From NCBI GenBank assembly GCA_963722005.1, contig CAVRJS010000002.1, positions 37,190-101,189 of the forward strand: a stretch of 64,000 nucleotides of DNA, given 5' to 3'. A model generated the notes under the pieces. That model was not told the DNA's origin. It was given only the letters and a program-made list of their open reading frames with translations, and did no database searches. Source of the DNA: an uncultured beta proteobacterium. GTDB lineage: Bacteria; Pseudomonadota; Gammaproteobacteria; Burkholderiales; Burkholderiaceae_D. Made by a program: the position numbers and the translations under genes. Shown one piece after another: positions 55,275 through 64,000 of the stretch (its first letter is position 1; each line of letters begins with the position of its first letter).

Positions 55275-55625
55275 CTATCGGTTCACCAGCACCAGCAGGG
55301 ATACGCAGGCAGCCACTACGGACACCACCATCGACAGCATGCAGGCGCGCCGCAGGCGCCGCGCCTTGACTTCGGCCGCTTCGGCCGCCTGCTCGAGCGC
55401 CTTGACAGTTGCCTCCAGCTGCGCCGCCAGTTCACGGATATGGGCATCGTTTTGCGCGGCCACCGCCTGCAGTTCGGCGATCTGCTGCTGCACGGGGGCA
55501 TCCGCCGGCAGGCTGGTGGCGGTCTCCTTGCTGCGCGTGCGGGTAAAGATCGGCCTGGCTGCGGAGACGATGTCGCCGACATGCGGCAGGATCGCTTTCA
55601 GGGCGGGGATAATCCAGGGGGACAT
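55275..55625 (-). CDS. small hypothetical protein with coiled coil and C-terminal TM anchor
   Basis: 116 aa. …QQQIAELQAVAAQNDAHIRELAAQLEATVKALEQAAEAAEVKARR… then the hydrophobic tail MLSMVVSVVAACVSLLVLV. Confidence 0.45.
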   Translation of the reverse strand: MSPWIIPALKAILPHVGDIVSAARPIFTRTRSKETATSLPADAPVQQQIAELQAVAAQNDAHIRELAAQLEATVKALEQAAEAAEVKARRLRRACMLSMVVSVVAACVSLLVLVNR

Positions 55626-55811
55626 GCAAAGCTCCTTGCGCGCACGGGATACGAGCGCCAGTGTATCAAGTTTATGTCGCCGGATACTGCGCTATTCGAG
55701 GCCGGATCGATGCTCGTTCAGCCGTGCGTGCCCGGCGTTTTTTCCGCGTGCGCCACGACAGGCGCATTCAATGGTCTAATAAAGGCTTTTCAAGGCAAGG
55801 AAAGGTACGGC

Positions 55812-56045
55812 ATGAGCAGCAAGCGAAGTGAACCCGAAGACGACGATTCGATCTGGGTCGTGTATGAAGCGCCGCCAGATTTTCCCGACCAGTACGTTGC
55901 GCGCCGCTTGCACATGAACCGGCGCACCGCTGATTTCGTCGTCGGCAATACCCTGATCGAGGTTCGCAGCAAGCTGCCTCCGAACCTGTTTCGCATCGAG
56001 CGCAGCGAACGCGACGACCCGATGATCCGCGAATCCTGGATCTGA
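55812..56045 (+). CDS. small hypothetical protein
   Basis: 77 aa (MSSKRSEPEDDDSIWVVYEAPPDFPDQYVARRLHMNRRTADFVVGNTLIEVRSKLPPNLFRIERSERDDPMIRESWI). Internal start within a spurious 637-aa ORF. Confidence 0.45.
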   Translation: MSSKRSEPEDDDSIWVVYEAPPDFPDQYVARRLHMNRRTADFVVGNTLIEVRSKLPPNLFRIERSERDDPMIRESWI

Positions 56046-56100
56046 GGCACACCCCTGCACGTCCCGGCGCGGCGCGTCTGAGGCGCTCGCCGCGGCCGCC

Positions 56101-56730
56101 TCAGACGCCTGCCGGCACGCCGTCGAAGAATTCCACCACGCCGGTTTCCAGCGAATATTCGGCGCCGACCACCAGCAATCCTTCGCTGGCAATCAATTGC
56201 TCGATCACTTGCGAACCGTGCCGCAGCTGGTTGGTAGAGGTGCGGATATTGGCGCGTACAGCGTGATGCACCAGGGCGGCATGGTCATGCCGCAACTCGG
56301 TTTCCATCAGCGACTCCACCGAAGGCCGCACGCGGCCGACGATGGATTGCAGATTGCGCGACTGGTTTTCGACCGGTTGCTGCAATTCCTCGATGGTGGC
56401 CTGGATAGCGCCGCAGCTGGAGTGGCCGAGCACCACGACCAGTGGGGTGCGGTAGCGCGCAGCGGCAAATTCGACACTGTCCACCTGCGAGGGCGCAACG
56501 ATGTTGCCCGCCACGCGAATCACGAACAGGTCGCCCAGCCCCTGATCGAAAATGATTTCCGCCGGCACGCGCGAGTCGGAGCAGCCGAGAATAATGGCAA
56601 AGGGTTCCTGCCCGGCCGCAAGCTCGCTGCGGCGCGTCTGGCTGGAAAGGGAAGCGATGCTCTTGGCATCGGAAGCGAAGCGGCTGTTGCCAGCTTGCAA
56701 GCGTTTAAGGGCTTCAATTGCCGAAATCAT
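56101..56730 (-). CDS. beta-class carbonic anhydrase
   Basis: About 209 aa from MISAIEALKRLQAGNSRF…. CSDSR and HSSCGA zinc-ligand motifs. AAAGGAAAA RBS. Confidence 0.85.
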   Translation of the reverse strand: MISAIEALKRLQAGNSRFASDAKSIASLSSQTRRSELAAGQEPFAIILGCSDSRVPAEIIFDQGLGDLFVIRVAGNIVAPSQVDSVEFAAARYRTPLVVVLGHSSCGAIQATIEELQQPVENQSRNLQSIVGRVRPSVESLMETELRHDHAALVHHAVRANIRTSTNQLRHGSQVIEQLIASEGLLVVGAEYSLETGVVEFFDGVPAGV

Positions 56731-56931
56731 GTCAATTTTCCTTTTCTTAATAGATCTGGGATGAAATTGTAAAGCAGGCCAGCTTCGGCAGCATTTGACA
56801 TGCAGTATCAGCGATGCAAACCGCAAGTATCACCTGCCGAGACTCCGTAAAGATTGCCCATTCGACAGTATTATTCATGCGATAATATTTGTCATTTTTA
56901 TAATCTATTGGCGCGCACGGAGGAATCCGCT

Positions 56932-59900
56932 ATGGTCTGGTTAGGCGCTTTGCTGGGACTGCTGCTGGGCGCAGCATTCGAATCGTTCATGGCCGCCATC
57001 ATGCTGGCGATCATCGGCGCGGTCATCGGCTACATCATTACGCACACGGGGCGGTCCTCCGGTGCGCCCCAGGCAGAGTCGACGGATGGCGTCATCAGCA
57101 CGCTGCGGGTCGAAGTGCGCGTGCTGCAGGACCAGGTCAACAAGATGTCGCGGCGCCTGACCGCCCTCGAGGCGCAGCAGGGCGATGCCGCCGGCGCACG
57201 GGCGGCAGACGCCCTGGCTGCCGAAATGGCGGCGGCGATGGAAATGCCTGCCTCGACCTATGTGCCGCTGACCCCGCAGAAGCCGCCTGCAGCAACGCCA
57301 TCGCCGGCGCCTGCCCCGAAACCGGCAATGGCGGCAGCGAAAAATACCGCCGCTGCACCGGCAGTTGCCTCGACGATTCCTGCCGCACCGGCACCGGCAA
57401 GCACCGCCGCCCCGGCAGCCGCTGCAGCAAAGGCCACAGCGCCGCAACCGCAGCAGCCGGCTCAGGCATCGCAACCGGCACCAGCGCCACAACCACCGCA
57501 ACCGCCGCGCAAGCCCCCCGTTGCCGACGAACCGTCGCGCCTGCAGCAACTGGTGCAGCGCTGGGTATTCGGCGGCAATCCGCTGGTGAAGATCGGCGTG
57601 CTGATCCTCTTCCTCGGCCTGGCCTTCCTGCTGCGCTATGTCGCCGAACATACCGTGGTGCCGATCGGCCTGCGTTATGCCGGCGTCGCCGCCACTGCGA
57701 TCGGCCTGCTGCTGGGCGGCTGGCGCTGGCGCAACCGCGCCGACAATTACGGCCTGATCCTGCAGGGCGCCGGCATCGGCGCGCTGTACCTGACCACGCT
57801 GGCGGCGATGCGCCTGCACCCGCTGATCCCGATGGAGTTCGGCTTTGCGGTGCTGATCGGCGTGGCGCTGTGCGCGGCGCTGCTGGCCATCCTGCAGAAC
57901 GCGCTGTCGCTGGCCATCGTCGGCACGCTGTTCGGCTTTGCCGCGCCGGTACTGGCATCCACCGGCAGCGCCAACCATGTCGGCCTGTTTTCCTACCTGG
58001 CGCTGCTCAACCTGGGCATTGTCGCCATTGCCTGGTTCAAGGCCTGGCGCGTGCTGAACCTGCTGGGCTTTGCCTGCTCGGTGCTGCTGGGCTGCGCCTG
58101 GGGCGTCAAGTATTACCGCCCCGATCTGTTTGTTACCAGCGAGCCTTTCCTGCTGCTGCTGTTCGGCCTGTACGTGCTGGTCACCTTCCTGTTCGCGCGC
58201 CGCACCCTGGCCGATGCGCCCGCCGCGCCGACAGACAGTTTCGAGGCGCACGTGCGCCAGGCAGCGCCGCAGCTGGGTTATGTCGATGGCACGCTGGCGT
58301 TCGGCGTGCCGCTGACCTGCTTCGGCCTGCAGTTGCTGCTGACCCGGCATTTCGAATACGGCGCCGCCTTCAGCGCGCTGGGCTTCGGCCTGTTCTACGT
58401 GCTGGCGGGATTCCTGCTTTTCCGCAGGAGCGGCATGCGCTTTGCTCTGCTCAATGAAACCCTGCTGGCGCTGGGCGTCATTTTCGGCAGCCTGGCGATC
58501 CCGCTGGGGCTGGAGCAGCAATGGACCTCGGCCGCCTGGGCGGTGGAAGCCGCCGGCGTCTACTGGATCGGCATCCGCCAGGGACGCGTGCATGCCCGCC
58601 TGTTCGCGTTGCTGCTGCTGTTCGGCTCGGCGGTGTATTTCGCCCTCGGCGTGCGCCCGGCCTCCGCCGGCGCCGTGCTGGACGGCTCGCTGATCGGCAG
58701 TGCGTTGCTGGCCGCCAGCATCTGGTTCTGCTACCGCCTGCTGCGGCGCACGCCGGTGGAATCACTGCATGCCTTCGAGCCGGCAATGCGTCCGTGGATG
58801 ATCGCCTTTGGCGCCTTCTTCATCGCGCTGGCGCCCTTTTTCATCTGGCGGCTGGATTGGGCCAGCACGGCGCTGGCGATCCTCGGCGCGCTGGGCGTAT
58901 GGGCCGCCACGCGCCTGGCCGAACGCAGCCTGATGGGCTGGGGCATGGCGTACCAGGCGCTGGCCGGCGCGCTGTTCCTCATCACCTTGCGCAGCGGCCA
59001 GAGCGGCGCGGCGCTGTCGAGCGGCTGGGCCGGCCTGCTGGCGGCCGGGCTGATCGGCACGGCGATGCTGGCGGCGGTCTGGGTAATGGTGCGCGCCAGT
59101 GATCCGGCCGCCGTGGCGCGGACCAGTGGCGCCGGTACGGAAGGCGATCGTGCCGTCCGCGTCGGTGGCATGGCCAACCTTGGCCTGCTGGCCGGCCTCG
59201 CCTTCCTCAACCTGGCACCGCTGTTCGTGCTGCCATTGCGCTACGCCGTCATGGTGTGGCCGCTGGCTGGCCTGGCGACGCTGTGGTGGGCGTTGCGCGC
59301 GCGCCATGGGCTGACGACCACTTTTGCCCTGATCATCCAGGTAATCGCCGGTGTCGGGCTGATTGGCAGCCACGCAAACATTTTCACCCCCGGCGAGCCC
59401 CTCTATCAGGCCGGCGCCTTTGCGCATACGGGCTTCTGGGGGCCGCTGCTGATTTCCTGCGCCGCCTTCCTGTGCGCGCGCCTGCTGCAACGCCAGACCT
59501 GGCCGGTAGTGGAGCGACCGCTGGCGGCAGTCGCCCTGCTCTGGGGCGGCACCTGGTGGGCGCTGGCCTGGGGCGCGGAAAGCGTGCGCGTGGCGCCGCC
59601 GGATACCGCCATCCCGGTGCTGCTGGCAGTCACGCTCGCCTCTGCATGGCTGTGGAGCACGCTGGCGCGGCGCCTGCAATGGCTGCAACTCGGCCAGGCC
59701 ACGCTGGCCTACGTGCCGGTGCTGGTGCTGCTGGCCGGCGCCGGCCTGAGCGGACCGTACGCGCATCCTCTGGCCGGCTGGGGCGCGCTGGCATGGCCGG
59801 CGGCGCTGGCGATGCACGTGCTGCTGCTGCGCCGCCAGCAAGCCTGGGCGCCGAACATCGCGCTGCAGCTGGCGCACGTGGGTGGCGCCTGGCTGTTCCT

Positions 59901-60735
59901 GGTGCTCGCCGCCCTGGAATTGCGCTGGCTGTTCGGCCACTGGGGCGATGCTGCCAGCGCCTGGCCGCTGCTGGGCTGGATGATTGCGCCGATCGCCTGG
60001 CTGGCCCTGCTGACCAGCCAGCGCCTGCGCCAGCGCTGGCCGCTGCGCGACTACACGGATGCCTACGTGCTGGTATCGGCAGCGCCGGTGGCGCTGTACC
60101 TGCTGCTATGGACCTGGGTCACCAATGGCGTCAGCAGCGGCGCCGCCGCGCCCCTCCCCTACGTGCCGCTGCTCAACCCGCTGGAGCTGGCGCAGTTCGC
60201 GGTGCTGGCGGCGGTGGCGCTGTGGCGCCTGTCCTTGCGCGCGCATCCGCGCATGCCGTCGGCCAACATTGCCGGCATCGTGCTCGGCGCCACCGCCTTC
60301 GCGCTGGTGACCGGCATGGTGGTGCGCACCTGCCACCACTGGGGCGGCGTGCCCTGGCAATCGGGGGTGCTGCAAGCCTCGACGCTGGTGCAGACTTCGC
60401 TGTCGATTGTCTGGAGCATCATCGCCATCGGCCTGATGCTGTTCGCGCACCGCCATCGCACGCGCTGGGTCTGGATCGTCGGCGCCAGCCTGGTCGGCGT
60501 CGTGGTGGTCAAGCTGTTCCTGGTCGACATGGCGGCGCGCGGCAGCGTCACGCGCATCGTTTCCTTCATCGGCGTCGGCCTGCTGCTGCTGGTGGTCGGC
60601 TACTTCGCGCCGCTGCCGCCGCGCCGCGACGACGACGATAGCGGCGACGCCGCACAGCCCGCGCCGGGCACATCCGGCACCCGACGGCCAGACCGGCGCC
60701 CGCCAGGAATCCGAACTTGCAGGAGTCAACGCATC
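56932..60735 (+). CDS. DUF2339-type polytopic membrane protein (N-terminal TM, coiled coil, Pro/Ala-rich linker, about 25 TM helices); no in-frame stop before the next gene
   Basis: Start at MVWLGALLGLLLGAAF… with a GGAGGA RBS. Coiled coil (…LRVEVRVLQDQVNKMSRRLTALEAQQ…). PA-rich linker, then a long run of hydrophobic helices. The frame continues uninterrupted into the DUF3999-like ORF. Confidence 0.8.
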
Positions 60736-62205
60736 ATGAAATCGCTATTGAAACCCGGCCTGGCCTTGCTCGCCGCCGCCGCATTCGCCGCCACGGCGCT
60801 GGCTGCACCGGCGGCGCCCGCGGTCACGCCGGAGCAGTTCCGCCATCGCACCGGTATTTTGATGGACGGCCCCGGGCCTTACCACCAGGTGGCGCTGCCG
60901 CTGCCGGTCTACCTCGGCGTCACGCAAGCCGGTCTTGGAGATTTGCGGGTGTTCAATGGCAAGGGCGAAGCCGTGCCGCATGCCCTGCTGCGCAGCAGCG
61001 CCAGCACCGTGTCCAGCAGCGATGAAGTGAGTCTGCCGCTGTTCCCCGTCACGGCGCCGGCCGGGCACCCCGGCGCAGCGGAAAACTTTGCGGTGGACGT
61101 GCGCCGCGGCGCGGACGGCACCCTGGTCAGCATCCGCGAAACGCCGTCTGTGCGCACCGGTACGTCGCAGCGCGGCGTCGTGGTCGATGCCAGCAAGGTG
61201 AAGGATGGCATCCGTTCGCTGCGCCTGGAAGTCGGCCCGACCGCCACGCCTTTCCATGCCTACTCGGTGGAAACCAGCGACGACCTGCAGCAATGGCGGC
61301 CGCTGGCCTACGATGCGCAGTTCGTGCGGCTGGAGCATGATGGCCAGCGCGTGCAGAACGACACCGTCGAATGGAGCGACGACGCCGGCAAATACCTGCG
61401 CATCCTGTGGCGCGACCCGCACACGGCGCCAGCCATCCAGGCGGTTGCCGCGCGCGTCGTGCGCACGCAGACCAGCCGCGCGCCGATGGTCTGGAGCGAA
61501 CCGCTGGCAGGCGCCGCGGCAGGCCAGCATGCCTACGAGTACGCGCTGCCGGGACGTCTGCCGCTGGAGCAGTTGCGCATCAACCTGCCGCAGGCCAATA
61601 CCCTGGCGCCGCTGCAGATCCAGCAGTATGTGCGCGATGCCGACCGCCACCGCGAACGCGGGCATTGGCAGACCATGGCGCAAGCGGTCGTGTTCCGGCT
61701 GCAATCGCCGCAGGGCGAAGTGCGCTCGCCCGACATCGCCTTGCAGAGCGCGCCTCTGGAGCGGCTGCGGCTGACGGTGGATGCGCGCGGCGGCGGCATC
61801 GGCGGCGAAGCGCCAACGCTGCAGGTCGGCTTCGTGCCGCACCTCCTGGTTTTCCTGCCGCGCGGCGAGGGCCCGTTCACTCTGGCCTGGGGCGCCGAAG
61901 GCGTTACCGATGCAGCGCTGCCGCTTGCCACCCTGATGCCGGGCTATGTCACCGAACGCCAGCTGGCAGCCTCGCCAGCGGCGCTGCAGGCGATCGCGGC
62001 GCCGCCGGCTGCCGCGGCGGCGGCCTCACCTGTCGCGGCCGCGCCCGAGGCGCCGCAAGGCTTGCCGAAACTGGCGTTGTGGGGAATCCTGGTGGCCGGC
62101 GTGCTGGTGCTGGGCGGCATGGTCATGCTGCTGTTGCGGCAGATGAAGAGGGATACAGCAAGTGGCGGATCGCAACCCCCTACCTCCACGCCAGGCGCAC
62201 GGTAA
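60736..62205 (+). CDS. DUF3999-type secreted/anchored protein
   Basis: Internal ATG with an AGGAG RBS 8 nt upstream. Signal peptide MKSLLKPGLALLAAAAFAATALAAPA…. C-terminal TM anchor (…LALWGILVAGVLVLGGMVMLLL…). Canonical partner of DUF2339 genes. Confidence 0.7.
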   Translation: MKSLLKPGLALLAAAAFAATALAAPAAPAVTPEQFRHRTGILMDGPGPYHQVALPLPVYLGVTQAGLGDLRVFNGKGEAVPHALLRSSASTVSSSDEVSLPLFPVTAPAGHPGAAENFAVDVRRGADGTLVSIRETPSVRTGTSQRGVVVDASKVKDGIRSLRLEVGPTATPFHAYSVETSDDLQQWRPLAYDAQFVRLEHDGQRVQNDTVEWSDDAGKYLRILWRDPHTAPAIQAVAARVVRTQTSRAPMVWSEPLAGAAAGQHAYEYALPGRLPLEQLRINLPQANTLAPLQIQQYVRDADRHRERGHWQTMAQAVVFRLQSPQGEVRSPDIALQSAPLERLRLTVDARGGGIGGEAPTLQVGFVPHLLVFLPRGEGPFTLAWGAEGVTDAALPLATLMPGYVTERQLAASPAALQAIAAPPAAAAAASPVAAAPEAPQGLPKLALWGILVAGVLVLGGMVMLLLRQMKRDTASGGSQPPTSTPGAR

Positions 62206-62327
62206 AGCTTATCCCACCGATGTCCATTGCTGCTTGGGTTGCTTGTGATATAAATTAACATTATTGCAATTAATTAATATTACATTAATTGCATTGAAGT
62301 TCATTTCATGACATCCATGGGGAGCAC

Positions 62328-62876
62328 ATGCACCTGAAATTGTCTATCCTCGCGCTACTACTGTCGCCCTCATTCTCCACGGCGGCCTCCTGTATCGTCC
62401 CGGAATTCACTGAATTCACACTCAGCAGCGCGGATACAAGGCATAAGACCATACGCACCAGTGTGGCCGGCATGATGAAAATATCCCTGCCCAGGGAATT
62501 CGACGGCATTGCCCTTTCTGGCGATGGCACCGTGTTCGGCTACCTGAATAATGTCCGTATCGTTATTGGTCTCGAAACTTCCGCAGCCATTGCACCACAC
62601 AAACGCAATGCCAAACCGGAACCTTTTTACCGTGACATCTTCATGGGAAGAACCCGCCTGGGGTGCAAGTATCTGCAGGCCTACCAACTGGAACAGCAAG
62701 ATTACCGTATCCGCAGCAAGGCAGGCGCCATGGATATTTTTTCATACGGAAAGGGCGGTACGCACGAGGTAATCGTCTTGAATTCAGACAGGCCGGACGC
62801 CGTGATTCGCATGCGCTTCAACGGCTATGACCGGCAATCGCTGGAAGCGATTCTTTCAACCATTACGCCGCAATAA
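62328..62876 (+). CDS. secreted hypothetical protein (low-GC islet)
   Basis: 182 aa. Signal peptide MHLKLSILALLLSPSFSTAAS. No family recognised. Local GC is clearly below the window average. AT-rich palindromic upstream region. Confidence 0.5.
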   Translation: MHLKLSILALLLSPSFSTAASCIVPEFTEFTLSSADTRHKTIRTSVAGMMKISLPREFDGIALSGDGTVFGYLNNVRIVIGLETSAAIAPHKRNAKPEPFYRDIFMGRTRLGCKYLQAYQLEQQDYRIRSKAGAMDIFSYGKGGTHEVIVLNSDRPDAVIRMRFNGYDRQSLEAILSTITPQ

Positions 62877-62888
62877 GGGAGCCAGAAA

Positions 62889-63221
62889 ATGGATCATATT
62901 ACGGAAGATGAAGCGCAAGAAATGAGAAGAATCCTTGAAAAACTCTTTGGTCCGCAAGTACAGGGATGGGCTATTACGTTTGCAACCTATGACACGCTAG
63001 GCGGCCTGATTATCGAGAGCAGACAATGCACCCAAGCCATGCACCTGGTTCCGCGCCCCTACGATTTTTCGAGCCCGCTGAAATGGACACAAAAGCAGGT
63101 CCGCCAGGCTCTCAGGCGTTATCTCGGGACACCTGAAGGCAAGCATTACCTGCTTTGCATGCGCACCACGGCATTAAAAATGAAAACCCAATTCTGGGAA
63201 TCCCAGTATGCCCTGCCTTAA
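62889..63221 (+). CDS. cytoplasmic hypothetical protein (low-GC islet)
   Basis: 110 aa, with no signal peptide. Starts 12 nt after the preceding gene. Confidence 0.5.
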   Translation: MDHITEDEAQEMRRILEKLFGPQVQGWAITFATYDTLGGLIIESRQCTQAMHLVPRPYDFSSPLKWTQKQVRQALRRYLGTPEGKHYLLCMRTTALKMKTQFWESQYALP

Positions 63222-63279
63222 TTAACGGCAAATGGTGGGCATGACCCACCACTCCTCTCAGCACCTGCTCAGTGTTCTC

Positions 63280-64000
63280 TCAGTGATCGATTTCGCAGCG
63301 CGCGTCCACCGCCGTGCCGCGCGCCGTCATGCCGAGCTTGTCCAGCAGGGCGCGGTCGGCATCGATGTCCGGGTTGCCGGTGGTGAGCAGCTTTTCGCCG
63401 TAGAAGATCGAATTGGCGCCGGCCACGAAGCATAGCGCCTGCACCGTCTCGCCCATCTCGCGGCGTCCTGCCGACAGGCGCACCCGCGCCTTGGGCATGG
63501 TGATGCGCGCCACGGCGATCGTGCGCACGAATTCCAGCGGATCCAGCGGCTCGGAGCCGTGCAGGGGCGTGCCCTCGACTTGCACCAGGTTATTCACAGG
63601 CACCGACTCCGGGTACGGTTCCATGTTGGCCAGCTGGGCAATCAGCCCGGCACGCTGCAGCCGCGATTCACCCATGCCGACGATGCCGCCGCTGCATACC
63701 TTGATGCCGGCGCCGCGTACCCGCTGCAAGGTATCCAGGCGATCCTGGTATTCTCGCGTGGAAATAACGTTGCCATAGAACTCAGGCGCCGTATCGAGAT
63801 TGTGGTTGTAGTAATCCAGGCCGGCATCGCGCAGGCGCTCGACCTGGTTTTCGCTCAGCATGCCCAGGGTGCAGCAGGTTTCCAGACCAAGCGCCTTGAC
63901 CTCGCGCACCATCTCTTCGACCTGTTCCATGTCGCGGTCCTTGGGCTCGCGCCAGGCTGCGCCCATGCAGAAGCGGTTGGCGCCAAGCGCCTGGGCGTCG
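63280..64000 (-). CDS. bioB: biotin synthase BioB (C-terminal two thirds; gene continues beyond the window end)
   Basis: …[53 protein letters not shown]…GIVGMGE… matches the BioB radical-SAM core and C-terminal region. The ORF is open to the window edge. Confidence 0.85.
   Translation of the reverse strand, partial: DAQALGANRFCMGAAWREPKDRDMEQVEEMVREVKALGLETCCTLGMLSENQVERLRDAGLDYYNHNLDTAPEFYGNVISTREYQDRLDTLQRVRGAGIKVCSGGIVGMGESRLQRAGLIAQLANMEPYPESVPVNNLVQVEGTPLHGSEPLDPLEFVRTIAVARITMPKARVRLSAGRREMGETVQALCFVAGANSIFYGEKLLTTGNPDIDADRALLDKLGMTARGTAVDARCEIDH

Noticed and set aside
54132-56045. 637-aa plus-strand ORF
   Set aside because: Antisense to the alpha/beta hydrolase and the DUF2288 gene. 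Only its last 77 codons (from 55812) look like a real small gene.
56941-59940. 550-aa and 392-aa minus-strand ORFs antisense to the DUF2339 gene
   Set aside because: Gln/Arg/Ala-rich nonsense. The plus strand encodes regular TM helices with a strong RBS.

Overview
High-GC (~65%) betaproteobacterial chromosomal window, most likely from an Oxalobacteraceae/Burkholderiales organism. It is densely coding, with about 60 genes. No rRNA, tRNA, CRISPR array, transposase or integrase was found. The content is a mix of housekeeping and accessory functions. Housekeeping genes include a thiolase fragment, hmp, malic enzyme, ettA, rarD, ompW, beta carbonic anhydrase and bioB (runs off the 3' edge). The window is rich in c-di-GMP and signal-transduction genes: two GGDEF cyclases, a REC-EAL phosphodiesterase, a CHASE3 hybrid kinase, a GAF/T2SSE_N protein and a chemoreceptor. 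Many conserved membrane proteins of unknown function are present. The most notable structure is an 11-gene co-directional minus-strand array (17428..33762) with short or overlapping gene junctions. Part (a) is the conserved DUF58-MoxR-DUF4350-DUF4129-DUF95-RDD cluster. Part (b) is a YqiJ/NfeD-like plus flotillin pair joined to a zinc-ribbon protein, a 1791-aa protein (N-terminal globular domain, long coiled coil, C-terminal MoxR-like AAA ATPase) and a PLD/HKD-family protein. Part (b) is the best candidate for an uncharacterised membrane-microdomain-associated system. Other items worth a second look: an lva/ACAD10-11-like kinase-plus-ACAD 4-hydroxyacid catabolic operon with a histidine-phosphatase gene and a divergent LysR regulator; a DUF805 protein with a type IV pilin-like C-terminal helix; a DUF2339 polytopic membrane protein that runs in frame with no stop into its DUF3999 partner; a frameshifted DUF2288 gene; a chemoreceptor with a C-terminal Cache/PAS-like domain; and a 1-kb low-GC two-gene islet next to bioB.
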